A stretch of 64,000 bases of DNA. It comes from Actinomycetota bacterium. GTDB lineage: Bacteria; Actinomycetota; Acidimicrobiia; Acidimicrobiales; Aldehydirespiratoraceae. The position numbers and the translations under genes are program-made. Below, piece after piece: positions 8,568-17,909 of the stretch. Every line of letters begins with the position of its first letter. The stretch's first letter is position 1. Location of the stretch: positions 1,462-65,461 of the forward strand of contig JBCCWI010000009.1 of assembly GCA_039193795.1 (NCBI GenBank), read 5' to 3'. Under the pieces are notes generated by a model, which did not search any database, was not told where the DNA came from, and worked only from the letters and a program-made list of their open reading frames with translations.

Positions 8568-9851
8568 ATGGCCGAGCTGCACCACGACGACCGCGGAACC
8601 GAAGTCGCGACCGTTCGCAACCGCACTCGATGGGTGCTGATCGGCTCGGTGTTCCCGGCGGGCATGGGCATGACGGCGTCGTTCGCCGCGACCAGCCTCG
8701 TCGCCGAGGACATCACCGGAAGCGACACGCTCGCCACCCTGGCGGCGACGATGCATGCGATCGGCGGTGCCCTCGCCGCCGTACCACTCGGCCGCTACAT
8801 GGCGACCCACGGGCGACGGCCGGGCCTGCTGCGATCCTGGGTGATCGGCAGCATCGGCGCCACGATCGCCTTCCTCGCGGTGCTCGCGGAGTTCTATCCA
8901 CTCCTCGTCGTCGGCATCCTCGGCATCGGCGTGGGGCAGGCCGGCAGCCTTGCGGCCCGCTACGCCGCCGCCGATCTGTCCGAAGACGACAGCCGAGCCC
9001 GCGACATCGGCATCGTCGTGTGGGCCAGCTCGATCGGCTCGGTCCTCGGCCCGACCGTCGCGCTCGGCGGCACGGGCTGGCTCGCCGCCAACCTCCTCGG
9101 CATCGAGGAACTCGCCGGGCCCTATCTGATGGGCATCGGCGTCTTCGCCCTCGCCGCCATGGTGGTCAACACCTACATGCGACCCGACCCGCTGCTGCTC
9201 GCCCAGGAGCTCGGCGGTGCGACGGACGCACCGGAGCGGCCGAGCCTCGTCGAGTCGTTCCGCAAGCTCGTCACCCACCGACTCGCCGCCATCGCCGTCT
9301 TCGCGATGGCGATCGGGCAAGGCGTGATGGTGGCGGTGATGACCGTCACGCCGCTGCACATGGACGAAGGCGATCACGAGGTCGAGATCATCGGCCTGGT
9401 CATCTCGTTGCACATCGTCGGCATGTACTTCTTCTCGCCGGTCGTCGGCTGGCTCGTCGACCGCCTCCCGACCGTGCTGATGATCGGCGCCGCGGGGATC
9501 ATCTTGTTCACCGGGGCCGAGCTGGCGTCTCACACCGACCCCGAGGACAGCCTGGGGGTCTTCGTCGGCCTCTTCCTCGTCGGGGTCGGATGGTCCTTCG
9601 CCATGATCGCCGGCAGCGCGCTCTTGACCTCGGCCTTCCCGGTCGAGGAGCGCGCCTCGGTGCAGGGTGCCGCCGACTTCACGATGGTCACGAGCGGCGC
9701 GACCGGCGGCCTGCTCTCGGGGGCGATCGTCGAGGCGTCGAGCTTCCACGCATTGAGCCACTGGGCGGGGGTGCTGGCGCTGGCGCTGGTGGCCGCTGCG
9801 CTCTACCCCACCGTCACCAACATCAAGCCCAAGACGCCATCCAACGTGTGA
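8568..9851 (+). CDS. MFS transporter
   Basis: 427 aa from ATG at 8568 (MAELHHDD...) with 12 hydrophobic segments. Divergent from the SET gene. Confidence 0.8.
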   Translation: MAELHHDDRGTEVATVRNRTRWVLIGSVFPAGMGMTASFAATSLVAEDITGSDTLATLAATMHAIGGALAAVPLGRYMATHGRRPGLLRSWVIGSIGATIAFLAVLAEFYPLLVVGILGIGVGQAGSLAARYAAADLSEDDSRARDIGIVVWASSIGSVLGPTVALGGTGWLAANLLGIEELAGPYLMGIGVFALAAMVVNTYMRPDPLLLAQELGGATDAPERPSLVESFRKLVTHRLAAIAVFAMAIGQGVMVAVMTVTPLHMDEGDHEVEIIGLVISLHIVGMYFFSPVVGWLVDRLPTVLMIGAAGIILFTGAELASHTDPEDSLGVFVGLFLVGVGWSFAMIAGSALLTSAFPVEERASVQGAADFTMVTSGATGGLLSGAIVEASSFHALSHWAGVLALALVAAALYPTVTNIKPKTPSNV

Positions 9852-9876
9852 CGGCGACCTCGGCGCGGGCCGCGGC

Positions 9877-10704
9877 CTAGCCGACGGCGACCAGCGAGGT
9901 GCCCAGGAGGACCCCGGCGATGCCCATCGCCTGCCACCAGCGCAGCGGATGATCGAGAAACCGCCAGAGCAGGAACGCACTGACCGCTGGGAACAGCGAC
10001 CCCGTTACGCCGACGATCGCCAGTTCGTAGCGCTGGGTGCCATAGACGAACGACAGCAGCGCCAGCCCGCCGAAGACCCCGCCGATCGCGCCGATCGGCA
10101 GGTCTCGGCGGGGCACGACGAGCGGGAGGCCCATCACCAGCGCCATCACCACCGCGAGCGAGAGGCTGGCAAGCCGGTTCGCGAGCACCGACCACATGCC
10201 CGAGTCCTCCCCCGTGAGCCCACTGAGCAGCGTGCCGATGCCGTAGGCCGTGCCCGAGAGCAGCCCCCACCGGACACCGGCGGCGACCCGATCGCCGAGC
10301 TCGGGCGAGATGGTGGTGAGCAGCAACGACGCGATCGAGACGCACGCGCCGATCCAGACCAGGGTCGACGGTCGCGCGCCGTCGATGACGTCGTAGCCGA
10401 GGGGCCACAGCGCGACCTGGAGCGCGATCAACGGGGCGACGATGCCGACCGAGGAGATCTGCAGTCCTTGGAAGTAGCAGACGAGGCCGAGGCCCATGAA
10501 CAGGCCCGCACCCACCCCGATCAGGAGGTCGCGGCCGATCGGCTCGCCCCCGAGGAGGACGATGCCGACGATCGAGGTCGCCGCCGCTGCGGCGAAGGCG
10601 AGGATCGTCACCGTGATCGTGTGGGAGCGGCCGGTCGTCTTGACGAGGAACAGATCGGACAGACCGATGAACAACGACGTCAGCGATCCGAACAGCGCGC
10701 CCAT
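9877..10704 (-). CDS. DMT/EamA-like membrane protein (paralog B)
   Basis: 275 aa from ATG at 10704 (MGALFGSL...), polytopic, with an SPELGDRV motif shared with the upstream paralog. ATGA overlap with that paralog. Confidence 0.7.
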   Translation of the reverse strand: MGALFGSLTSLFIGLSDLFLVKTTGRSHTITVTILAFAAAAATSIVGIVLLGGEPIGRDLLIGVGAGLFMGLGLVCYFQGLQISSVGIVAPLIALQVALWPLGYDVIDGARPSTLVWIGACVSIASLLLTTISPELGDRVAAGVRWGLLSGTAYGIGTLLSGLTGEDSGMWSVLANRLASLSLAVVMALVMGLPLVVPRRDLPIGAIGGVFGGLALLSFVYGTQRYELAIVGVTGSLFPAVSAFLLWRFLDHPLRWWQAMGIAGVLLGTSLVAVG

Positions 10705-11549
10705 CAGGCTGCTCCCACCATCGCGACACCGGCACAGCACACGGCTGCGCCGATCATCTGCCACCACCGGAACGGATCGCCGGCATAGACGGCAGCGAGT
10801 CCGGCGGTGATCGCCGGAGCGAGCGCGGTCGTGATCGCGATCTCGGCCAACGACCCCTGCTGCGCGCCGACGGTGAAGGCGGCGACGGCGACCGCACTCA
10901 GGGTGCCCGAGGCGATCGCCGCCCGGCGCAGATCCGGCGGCACCAGGGCAGGCAGTCGGCGGGCCCGGGCGACGGCCACGAGTACGGCGAGCGCCGTCAC
11001 CCGCTGGATCATCGCGGGGAAGACTCCGGCGTCCTCGCTCGTCTGCCCGAGGAACGTCAGTGCACCGCCGAAACCGATGCCGGCGACCACGCCCCACACC
11101 ACGCCCACCCGGACCCGATCGCCGAGTTCGGGCGAGACGGTGGTGAGCCCGACGCCGGCGAGGGCGACGGCGGCGCCGGCGAGCGCCAGCGACTCGAGCG
11201 AGCCCCCCGTCGCAAGATCCCACCCGAAGGGCAACAGCACGGCGAGGATCGACGCCACCGGCGAGACGACCGCGGCGGAAGCGTCGGCGATCCCCCGGTA
11301 GAGGGCGGCGAGTCCGAACCCGATCATCGATCCCGAGCCGAGTCCGAGGAGCAGATCGGATCCACCGGCTCGGCTCGACACCACGTCGGCCGCCTCCAGC
11401 CCGACCAGGAGGGTCACCATGACCGCGAGGCTGGCGACCATGGCGGTCGCGACGGTGGCGAGGGCCGGTGCGCGCCGAGCGATCCAACCGCCGAGGAAGT
11501 CCGCGATGCCGACGCCGACGGAGAAGACGAGACCGAGCGCGATGGTCAA
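10704..11549 (-). CDS. DMT/EamA-like membrane protein (paralog A)
   Basis: 281 aa from TTG at 11549 (LTIALGLVFSVG...), overlapping the TGA of the M24 gene (TTGA). Polytopic, with the SPELGDRV motif. Confidence 0.65.
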   Translation of the reverse strand: MTIALGLVFSVGVGIADFLGGWIARRAPALATVATAMVASLAVMVTLLVGLEAADVVSSRAGGSDLLLGLGSGSMIGFGLAALYRGIADASAAVVSPVASILAVLLPFGWDLATGGSLESLALAGAAVALAGVGLTTVSPELGDRVRVGVVWGVVAGIGFGGALTFLGQTSEDAGVFPAMIQRVTALAVLVAVARARRLPALVPPDLRRAAIASGTLSAVAVAAFTVGAQQGSLAEIAITTALAPAITAGLAAVYAGDPFRWWQMIGAAVCCAGVAMVGAA

Positions 11550-12736
11550 GCGAGGAGGCTGTCGTCGAAGGGGTACAGCGACATGAGTTCGGTGCCGGCG
11601 TCGGTGACCAGGACCTGCTGTTCGAGCTTGACGCCTTCGCGGGTGTCCGGTCCACCGATGAAGCTCTCGATGCACAGCGTCATCCCCGGCTCGATCACGC
11701 CGTCGTACCCGCACGAGGCGTAGTCCTGGGCGTGGTAGAGGTACGGGTACTCCCCGGTCATGCCGACCCCGTGGGCCGAGAGGTAGTACCGGTGATCGGC
11801 GAAGCGGGACGGCAGATCCCAGGCCCGTTCGCTGTACCCCGAGAAGGTCAAACCGGGTTCGATCATCGCCATGTTGTGGTGCACCTGTTCATGGGCGATG
11901 CGATACAGGTCGCGCTGTTCTCGACTCGGGGTGCCGGGACCGGCGTGGAAGGTCCTCGAATAGTCGGCGTAGTAGCCGTGGCAGCCGACCACATCGGTGT
12001 CGAACGCGACGAGTTCGTCCTCGCCGATCACCTTGTCGCTGGTCTCCTGGAACCAGGGGTTGGTGTGGGCGCCCGAAGACAGCAACCGCGTCTCGATGTA
12101 GTCACCGCCCTGGGCGATCACCTGCTGATGGAACACCGACCAGAGCTCGTTCTCGGTCAGGCCCGGACGGAGTTCGGCTTCCATCGCCGCCATCGCTCGT
12201 TCGGTCGCCCGCATCGATTCGATCTGGCAGGCGATCTCCTCGGGGCCCTTGATCGCCCGGGCCCGCTCGACCGCCTCCTGCGGATCGACGAGACGGAGCC
12301 CGAGCTCGGCGAGCGCGATCGCCGCACCGGCGTTGACCCGTTCGAGTCCGACGACGGCGTCGAGTCCGACGGTCTCGGCGACGAGGTCGCGGATCTCGCC
12401 CGCCCACTGCTTCTCGACGCCGGCGATGCCCTCTCCGGCGGCCACGAACGACGCCGTCGTCGCGTGACGCACCTCGGTGATCGTCTCCAGCCCGTCGGCC
12501 AGGTGGAGGGCGCCGGTGAACTCATGGAGGATCACCGGGCCGTCGACGGTGACGAAGAGGTACCGGGCGGGATTCCGCGCGGTGAAGATCTGCATGTTCC
12601 GAGCGCCGCTGGCGTACCGGATGTTGACCGGGTCGGTGAGGATCACCGCACCGACGTCGCGGGCCGCCATTTCGGCGCGCAGTCGTGCGAGCCGCGACAT
12701 ACGGAGCTCGACCTGATCGATCTGCGTTTCGAGCAT
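11546..12736 (-). CDS. M24 family metallopeptidase (Xaa-Pro peptidase/creatinase-like)
   Basis: 396 aa with a creatinase-like N-domain and a pita-bread C-domain carrying D/D/H/E/E-type metal ligand context (FDTDVVGCHGYYADYSRT, HGVGM, LCIESF). Confidence 0.8.
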   Translation of the reverse strand: MLETQIDQVELRMSRLARLRAEMAARDVGAVILTDPVNIRYASGARNMQIFTARNPARYLFVTVDGPVILHEFTGALHLADGLETITEVRHATTASFVAAGEGIAGVEKQWAGEIRDLVAETVGLDAVVGLERVNAGAAIALAELGLRLVDPQEAVERARAIKGPEEIACQIESMRATERAMAAMEAELRPGLTENELWSVFHQQVIAQGGDYIETRLLSSGAHTNPWFQETSDKVIGEDELVAFDTDVVGCHGYYADYSRTFHAGPGTPSREQRDLYRIAHEQVHHNMAMIEPGLTFSGYSERAWDLPSRFADHRYYLSAHGVGMTGEYPYLYHAQDYASCGYDGVIEPGMTLCIESFIGGPDTREGVKLEQQVLVTDAGTELMSLYPFDDSLLA

Positions 12737-12767
12737 CGCCGGAATCTAGTGGCGACGCGCCCGACGA

Positions 12768-14054
12768 TCAGTAGACGACGAGCGCCGATGCGTCCAGGGC
12801 CGGCACGTTGAGGTTGTCGAGCACGATGCAGCCGTTCAGGCCCGAGATGAAGTTGATCCAGATGCAGTCGCGGGTCGGGTCGAGTTCGGCGACGAACGAG
12901 CTGTCGGGCGCCCACACGGGGGTGAGACGGTCCGCTCGGCTCTCGACCTCGATGATCTCGCCCGTCTCGACCCCCCAGAACGCGGGGAAGTCGCTGTCGA
13001 CCAACCCGTCGGCGGCGAACACCCAGGCCCCGTCGGGGCTGATCGAGAGGTCGCCCTCGACCTCGACCTGCGATCGATCGATCAACCACTCCGCACCCGA
13101 TCGATCGACGACCCAGTACTCGTTGGGGCCCTCCACCCGTCGCAGCTCGATCCAACGGGTCCCGTTGGTGGCGACCATCTCGAACGGGGTCACCATCTCT
13201 GCACCGTCGGGGGTGAGCTCGAACACGCCACCACTGTCGGGCGTGAGGAACACGCCCACCGCGGGCTCGATCCACACCTCGGCGCCAGCAGGGAGCGTCG
13301 CCCACTGGGATCGTTCCGCGACCGGGCCGTACTCGACTCCGGCGGCGGTCTCGATCACCCCGAACAGCTCGCCGGTGTGGCGGCGGACCACACTCACATC
13401 GCTGGCGACGCGCCACGCACCCGTCGGTCGGACCGGATCGAGTCCGACCGTTCCGGCACCGTCGGGCAAGACCGCGAACCCGGTGTCGTCGCCGAGCGGC
13501 AGTTCGGCGACGATCGAGTGGACGTCGCCGGTGCTCGTGTCGATGACCACCGGCCGTCCGTCGGCACCGATGTAGCCGAACCGGAAGCCGCCCGGAACAT
13601 TCACGAACTCCTTCACGACGGCGAAGACGTCGACCCCGTTGGGGTTCACCTGCATCTCGAGGTAGGAGGTCTCGTAGTCGGCGACCGTGAGCTCCTCGAT
13701 CGCGGCGGCGAGATCCAAAGACGGGTCGCCGACCAGCGCCACTCGATCGTCGTCGATGGTGACCGTCTCCGCCGGCGCTCCGGTGGTGGTCGGGACGGGC
13801 GCCGGGACCGGCTCGATCGCCGGCTCGTCATCGCCTCCGGAGGTGATGAACCAGCCGACGTAGACGACCACCGCCAGGAGGATCAGCCAGCGCGGATCGA
13901 ACGTGAGCCGAGGTCGACGGCGTCCGCTCCCGGTCGATGCATCGGCGCTCGACGCCAGCGGGCTGGGCGCATGCCAGTCGAGGTCGATGTCGATCAGCTC
14001 GACCTCGTTCTCCTCGACCGCGTCGCCCACACCATCCACTGTGCCACTGGTCAC
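12768..14054 (-). CDS. Hypothetical membrane-anchored extracytoplasmic protein
   Basis: 428 aa with a single TM helix (WLILLAVVVYVGWFITSGG), a Pro/Thr linker and a beta-rich domain. GTG start. Confidence 0.55.
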   Translation of the reverse strand: MTSGTVDGVGDAVEENEVELIDIDLDWHAPSPLASSADASTGSGRRRPRLTFDPRWLILLAVVVYVGWFITSGGDDEPAIEPVPAPVPTTTGAPAETVTIDDDRVALVGDPSLDLAAAIEELTVADYETSYLEMQVNPNGVDVFAVVKEFVNVPGGFRFGYIGADGRPVVIDTSTGDVHSIVAELPLGDDTGFAVLPDGAGTVGLDPVRPTGAWRVASDVSVVRRHTGELFGVIETAAGVEYGPVAERSQWATLPAGAEVWIEPAVGVFLTPDSGGVFELTPDGAEMVTPFEMVATNGTRWIELRRVEGPNEYWVVDRSGAEWLIDRSQVEVEGDLSISPDGAWVFAADGLVDSDFPAFWGVETGEIIEVESRADRLTPVWAPDSSFVAELDPTRDCIWINFISGLNGCIVLDNLNVPALDASALVVY

Positions 14055-14100
14055 GATCGGTCTACGAGGCCAACCGTCGGTTTGGATTCACTTCGTCGGC

Positions 14101-14205
14101 TCAAGCGTAGGTCGCCACCGGCTGCCCGAGGGCGCCGGAGAGTTCGTAGACCCGACCGACGTAGGCGAAGTCGGTGCGGAACACGTCGAGCCGCTCGATC
14201 CGCAT
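14101..14205 (-). pseudogene. 34-codon remnant resembling the N-terminus of an enolase-superfamily (MR/MLE) enzyme
   Basis: MRIERLDVFRTDFAYVGRVYELSGALGQPVATYA followed by a stop. The ATG overlaps the TGA of the upstream gene (ATGA). Confidence 0.3.
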
Positions 14206-15002
14206 CAGGCCGGTGGTCCGGTCTCGTGCGTGATGTCGGTCAGAAGGCCGCTGCCATCGGGCTCGAAGAACTGCCGGATCAGCGCCTCGAAGCACACGGC
14301 GAAGAGCGTCCACCGTTCGGCCTCGCCGTCGGGGCCGGTGTTGCGTTCCATGACCCGGACCTCCTCGCGGACGTTCGAACGGATCATCAGCCCTTCGGAG
14401 ACCGCGCTCACCGCCGTCGTGAACTGGGGCCACGAGTAGCAGTACCGGAGGCGGAGCCCGAACATCGAGGCGAGTACCGAGTAGATGTTCAGGTAGCGGG
14501 TCGCGGTCGTCTCGTCCCCCTTGACCCAGGCCGCCCGCAGCGCCTCCGACGCAGACGGCTGCGACAGTGCCACGGTCCCGATCGCGACGTAGGAGTGCCA
14601 CAGGAGGGAGTCGTCGGCCAACGCGAGATTGGCGTCGGTGCCGGCCCGGTAGATGCGGCGCAGCCAGTCGCCGCGTTCCAGCGGCGAGAGGGTGGCCAGA
14701 TCCGGCATCGTCTCGATCATTCCGGACACGGCCAGCAGGGTCTCGGTCAATGCCGAACCGTCGATCCCGGCGTCACCGACGGCCGGCTGCTCCTCGAGGA
14801 CTCGGACGGCGACCGCCTCTCGGAACCGCTCCTCGGGGTCGATGTCGTCACCGCCCGCCCACAGCGCCGAGGCGTCGGCGGTGGTCATCTGACTCGCGCC
14901 GGCGGCGGCCGCGAGGCTGACAGTGTCGAGCCGGATCGAGACACCGGCTTCGGCGACCTGGGCCAGCCCGTGCCGGATCAGCTGCTCCCTGCTCTGCTCC
15001 AC
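14205..15002 (-). CDS. Hypothetical protein, possibly a divergent TetR-like regulator
   Basis: 265 aa. The N-terminal REQLIRHGLAQVAEAGVSIRLDTVSLAAAAGAS loosely resembles a TetR HTH, and the C-terminus is helical. Confidence 0.45.
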   Translation of the reverse strand: MEQSREQLIRHGLAQVAEAGVSIRLDTVSLAAAAGASQMTTADASALWAGGDDIDPEERFREAVAVRVLEEQPAVGDAGIDGSALTETLLAVSGMIETMPDLATLSPLERGDWLRRIYRAGTDANLALADDSLLWHSYVAIGTVALSQPSASEALRAAWVKGDETTATRYLNIYSVLASMFGLRLRYCYSWPQFTTAVSAVSEGLMIRSNVREEVRVMERNTGPDGEAERWTLFAVCFEALIRQFFEPDGSGLLTDITHETGPPA

Positions 15003-15127
15003 ACCGAACCCCCACGCGCTGCGATGCTGGCGAAGGTACCACCCGGGTCAGGCGGGCTCGGCCAGATGGGCCGGCATCGCACCGCCGAGCGATGTGTCGA
15101 TGGACGCGGGTGGGACACCGGTTGCGG

Positions 15128-15595
15128 TCACCGGTCGAGCCGTCGCACGAAGCGTCGATCGGACCCGACGATGCCGGCGTCGCGGAACCCGAGGGCGTCG
15201 ACGAGGCGGATCGACCGCTCGTTGGCCGGGTCGATCTCGGCCTGCACCTCGACGACGCCGTGGTCGAGCGCGAGGCATTCGAGCATCTCGGCGGTGGCCG
15301 CCCGCGCGACGCCGCGACCCCAGACCGCGCGGCCGATGACGTACGCGATCGAGGTCGGCCCATCGGAACGAACGGTCGCCTGCGTCGTGCCGACCAACGC
15401 GCCCTCAGCACGGATCGCCCAGTTCAACCAGACCTCGTCGCGCCCCGCCGGAGCGCCGGCCGCCAGGGCGGCGAACCGACGTGCCAGCCACTCGGGATCG
15501 GGCGGTGGGTCCTCGTCGAGGTGGCGGTACAGCTCCGGGTCCCGGAGATGGGGGAAGAGGTCGGCGGCGTGCTCGGCCGTGAGGGGTTCGAGCAC
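15128..15595 (-). CDS. GNAT family N-acetyltransferase (RimJ/RimL-like)
   Basis: 155 aa with a VWGRGVARAA acetyl-CoA binding (Q/RxxGxG/A) motif. Confidence 0.8.
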   Translation of the reverse strand: MLEPLTAEHAADLFPHLRDPELYRHLDEDPPPDPEWLARRFAALAAGAPAGRDEVWLNWAIRAEGALVGTTQATVRSDGPTSIAYVIGRAVWGRGVARAATAEMLECLALDHGVVEVQAEIDPANERSIRLVDALGFRDAGIVGSDRRFVRRLDR

Positions 15596-15602
15596 GCGAC
15601 CC

Positions 15603-16421
15603 TCAGCCCAGGCGGACGATCAGCTGGAACTCGAGCACGCCGTCGTCGGCGACCTCCCCGGCGCTCGAACTCGGGGTGTCGATGCCGAAGTCGGCCCAGG
15701 TGAGGTCGGTCGAGCCCACGATCAGGGCGATCCCGGCCTCGGCGACGGTGGCCTCGGCGGCCACCGTGACGGTGTTGGTGACCCCGGCGATCGTGAGATC
15801 ACCGCTGATCTCGGCGGCCACCGTCTCGCCCGACGCGAGGGCGGCGGTGTCGATGGCGGCGCCCGGGGAGATCACGAAGGTGGCGGTGTCGAACTCGTCG
15901 GCGCTGACAGCGTCGAGGACCGCTCCGGTGCGGGCCGGGATGTCGGACTCCAGCGAACTCATCACCACCACGACCTCGCCGCCGCTCACCGTGCCGTCGG
16001 CGATGCTGATCGAACCGGTCACGTCGCCGGACCGGCCGACCGCGACCTGGGTGCCGCCGACGAACAGCTCCTTGTCGACCCGGAAACCGGCGAAGCTCCC
16101 GCTCGCGTTCTCGAAGGCGAAGTCGCCGAAGTCGTCGTCGACCGTCCACGTCCCGGTCACGCCGGCGGGCGCGTCCGCGACCTCGTCGGTCGTGGCGTCA
16201 GCGACCTCGTCGCCGGCGGCGACCTCGTCGGTCCCGGGGTCGGCGGAGACCTCGGCGCCGGCGTCTTCCTCGGCCAGGTCCTCCGAGAGCTGCTCGAGAC
16301 CCGCCTCGGTCGTGATCTCGTCGGGCGAGTCGACGACGATGAAGTACTGGTAGCCGGCGTAGCCGAGGATCCCGATGACGAGGGCGGCGACGGGGAGGGC
16401 GATGCGGAGGGTGCGGTTCAT
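15603..16421 (-). CDS. YceI-like domain protein with N-terminal membrane anchor
   Basis: MNRTLRIALPVAALVIGILG anchor, an acidic linker and a YceI-like beta-barrel (TGTWTVDDD...GDLTIAGVTN...LEFQLIV). ATG at 16421 preferred over TTG at 16448. Confidence 0.75.
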   Translation of the reverse strand: MNRTLRIALPVAALVIGILGYAGYQYFIVVDSPDEITTEAGLEQLSEDLAEEDAGAEVSADPGTDEVAAGDEVADATTDEVADAPAGVTGTWTVDDDFGDFAFENASGSFAGFRVDKELFVGGTQVAVGRSGDVTGSISIADGTVSGGEVVVVMSSLESDIPARTGAVLDAVSADEFDTATFVISPGAAIDTAALASGETVAAEISGDLTIAGVTNTVTVAAEATVAEAGIALIVGSTDLTWADFGIDTPSSSAGEVADDGVLEFQLIVRLG

Positions 16422-16479
16422 GGAGTGAGTGTGCGGATCCGAGATCAAGGAAAGGTAAGAGCGGGCTGAAGGACGGCTG

Positions 16480-17865
16480 TCAGGTCGGCTTGGCCGGGTA
16501 GAACAGCCCGGCGGTGACCGCGACGAGGCCGAAGGCTCCGGCCCCGATCAGCCACGAATCGTCGTAGGCGGCCAGCGCGGCGAGCGGTCCCTCGGGCCGA
16601 CCGATCACGGCGACCGCGACCGCGATGCCGAGGGCGATCGCCATCTGGAACACGGTCGTACGACCGGCGCCACCCATCGCGTACTGATGGGGCGGCACGT
16701 CCCGCATGGCCGCACCCACCAGCTGGGAGAAGCCCGTGCCGGCCGCGATCCCGACGAACAGGCTCGGCAGCAGGATGTCGGAGAGGTACTCGGGCTCGGT
16801 ACCGAAGTTGCGAGCGAACAACAGCAGGCCGATCGCACCGCTCGTGCCGCAGAGGACGAGGATCCACCGGTTGCCGATGCGGTCGGCGATACGACCCGCC
16901 GGCGGTGCGATGAAGAACGCCATCAGCGGGCCGGGCGCGATCGCGAATCCGGTTCGCAACACCGACCATCCCCAGACGTTCTGGATCAGCGTCGGGAGGG
17001 GCACCAGCCAGCCGAAGAACGCGAAGGCGAAGAACACGGTGGCCACGTTGGCGACCGAGAAGCTCCGGAGCCGGTACAGCCCGAGATCGAACAGGGGTGC
17101 GGGATGTCGACCGGACTGGATGAGGAATGCGACGAGCAGCACCGCCCCGATCGCGAAGGCGCTCCACACACCCGCCGACGACCACCCCCACTCCTCGCCC
17201 TGGACGATGCCGAGCACAAGCGCGCCGACACCGACCCCGGCGAGCGGCACACTGATCAAGTCGACGGTGTCGCCGCCCAACGATGGCGGCGTGTCCGGCA
17301 ACCAGCGCCGTCCGAGCGTGAGCGCCACACCGATGATCGGGATGTTCACCAGGAACACCGCGCGCCACCCGAAGCCCTCGACGAGGAGCGCCCCGATCGT
17401 CGGGCCCGCCGCGGCGGCGAGCGCGCCCGCTGCACCCCAGATGCCGATGACCATCTGGTGCCGAGCCGGTGGCGCCGCCGCCAGGATCAACGCCAGGCCC
17501 GCCGGCGACTGCAGTGCGCCGCCGGTGGCCTGCACGACGCGTGCCGCGATCAGCATCTCGCTCGACACCGCCACACCGGCGAGGACCGACCCGGCCAGGA
17601 AGATCGCAACACCGACGAGGAAGACGCGCTTGTGGCCGTAGCGCTCCGACAGCCAACCGCCGATGAGCAGGAGGCTGGCGACGCCGATGTTGTACGCGCT
17701 GAAGATCCACGACAACACCGACTCCGACGTGTCCGAGAACCGTTCGCGGATCTCCGGGAACGCCAGCGAGATGACGGTGATCTCCATGCTGACCATGAAG
17801 ACGGCGGCCGACGAGATGGCGACGGTGCGCCAGCCGTCGCGGCCGACCGGGGGGAGCTCGCTCAT
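16480..17865 (-). CDS. MFS transporter, DHA2 (EmrB/QacA-like, 14-TMS) type
   Basis: 461 aa, polytopic, with an LSERYGHKRVF motif-A-like loop. Confidence 0.85.
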   Translation of the reverse strand: MSELPPVGRDGWRTVAISSAAVFMVSMEITVISLAFPEIRERFSDTSESVLSWIFSAYNIGVASLLLIGGWLSERYGHKRVFLVGVAIFLAGSVLAGVAVSSEMLIAARVVQATGGALQSPAGLALILAAAPPARHQMVIGIWGAAGALAAAAGPTIGALLVEGFGWRAVFLVNIPIIGVALTLGRRWLPDTPPSLGGDTVDLISVPLAGVGVGALVLGIVQGEEWGWSSAGVWSAFAIGAVLLVAFLIQSGRHPAPLFDLGLYRLRSFSVANVATVFFAFAFFGWLVPLPTLIQNVWGWSVLRTGFAIAPGPLMAFFIAPPAGRIADRIGNRWILVLCGTSGAIGLLLFARNFGTEPEYLSDILLPSLFVGIAAGTGFSQLVGAAMRDVPPHQYAMGGAGRTTVFQMAIALGIAVAVAVIGRPEGPLAALAAYDDSWLIGAGAFGLVAVTAGLFYPAKPT

Positions 17866-17909
17866 GATCGGACCCTAGGCCCGAGCGGACGACGCCGTAG
17901 CATCCCGCC

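Noticed and set aside
8541-9980. N-terminal 480 codons of ORF 8034..9980, and likewise the N-terminal parts of ORFs 9877..11655, 10704..11714, 48731..51289, 26318..27562 and 37887..38981
   Set aside because: Only the C-terminal parts look like real proteins (SET domain, DMT, HtrA, FAD subunit, Fe-S subunit). The upstream extensions are Arg/Pro-rich, overlap other genes, and internal starts with overlaps or an RBS fit better.
13377-16469. 1030-aa plus-strand ORF spanning several minus-strand genes
   Set aside because: It is antisense to well-supported genes (GNAT, YceI and others). The translation is Arg/Gly/Asp/Pro-rich low-complexity sequence, typical of shadow ORFs in high-GC DNA.
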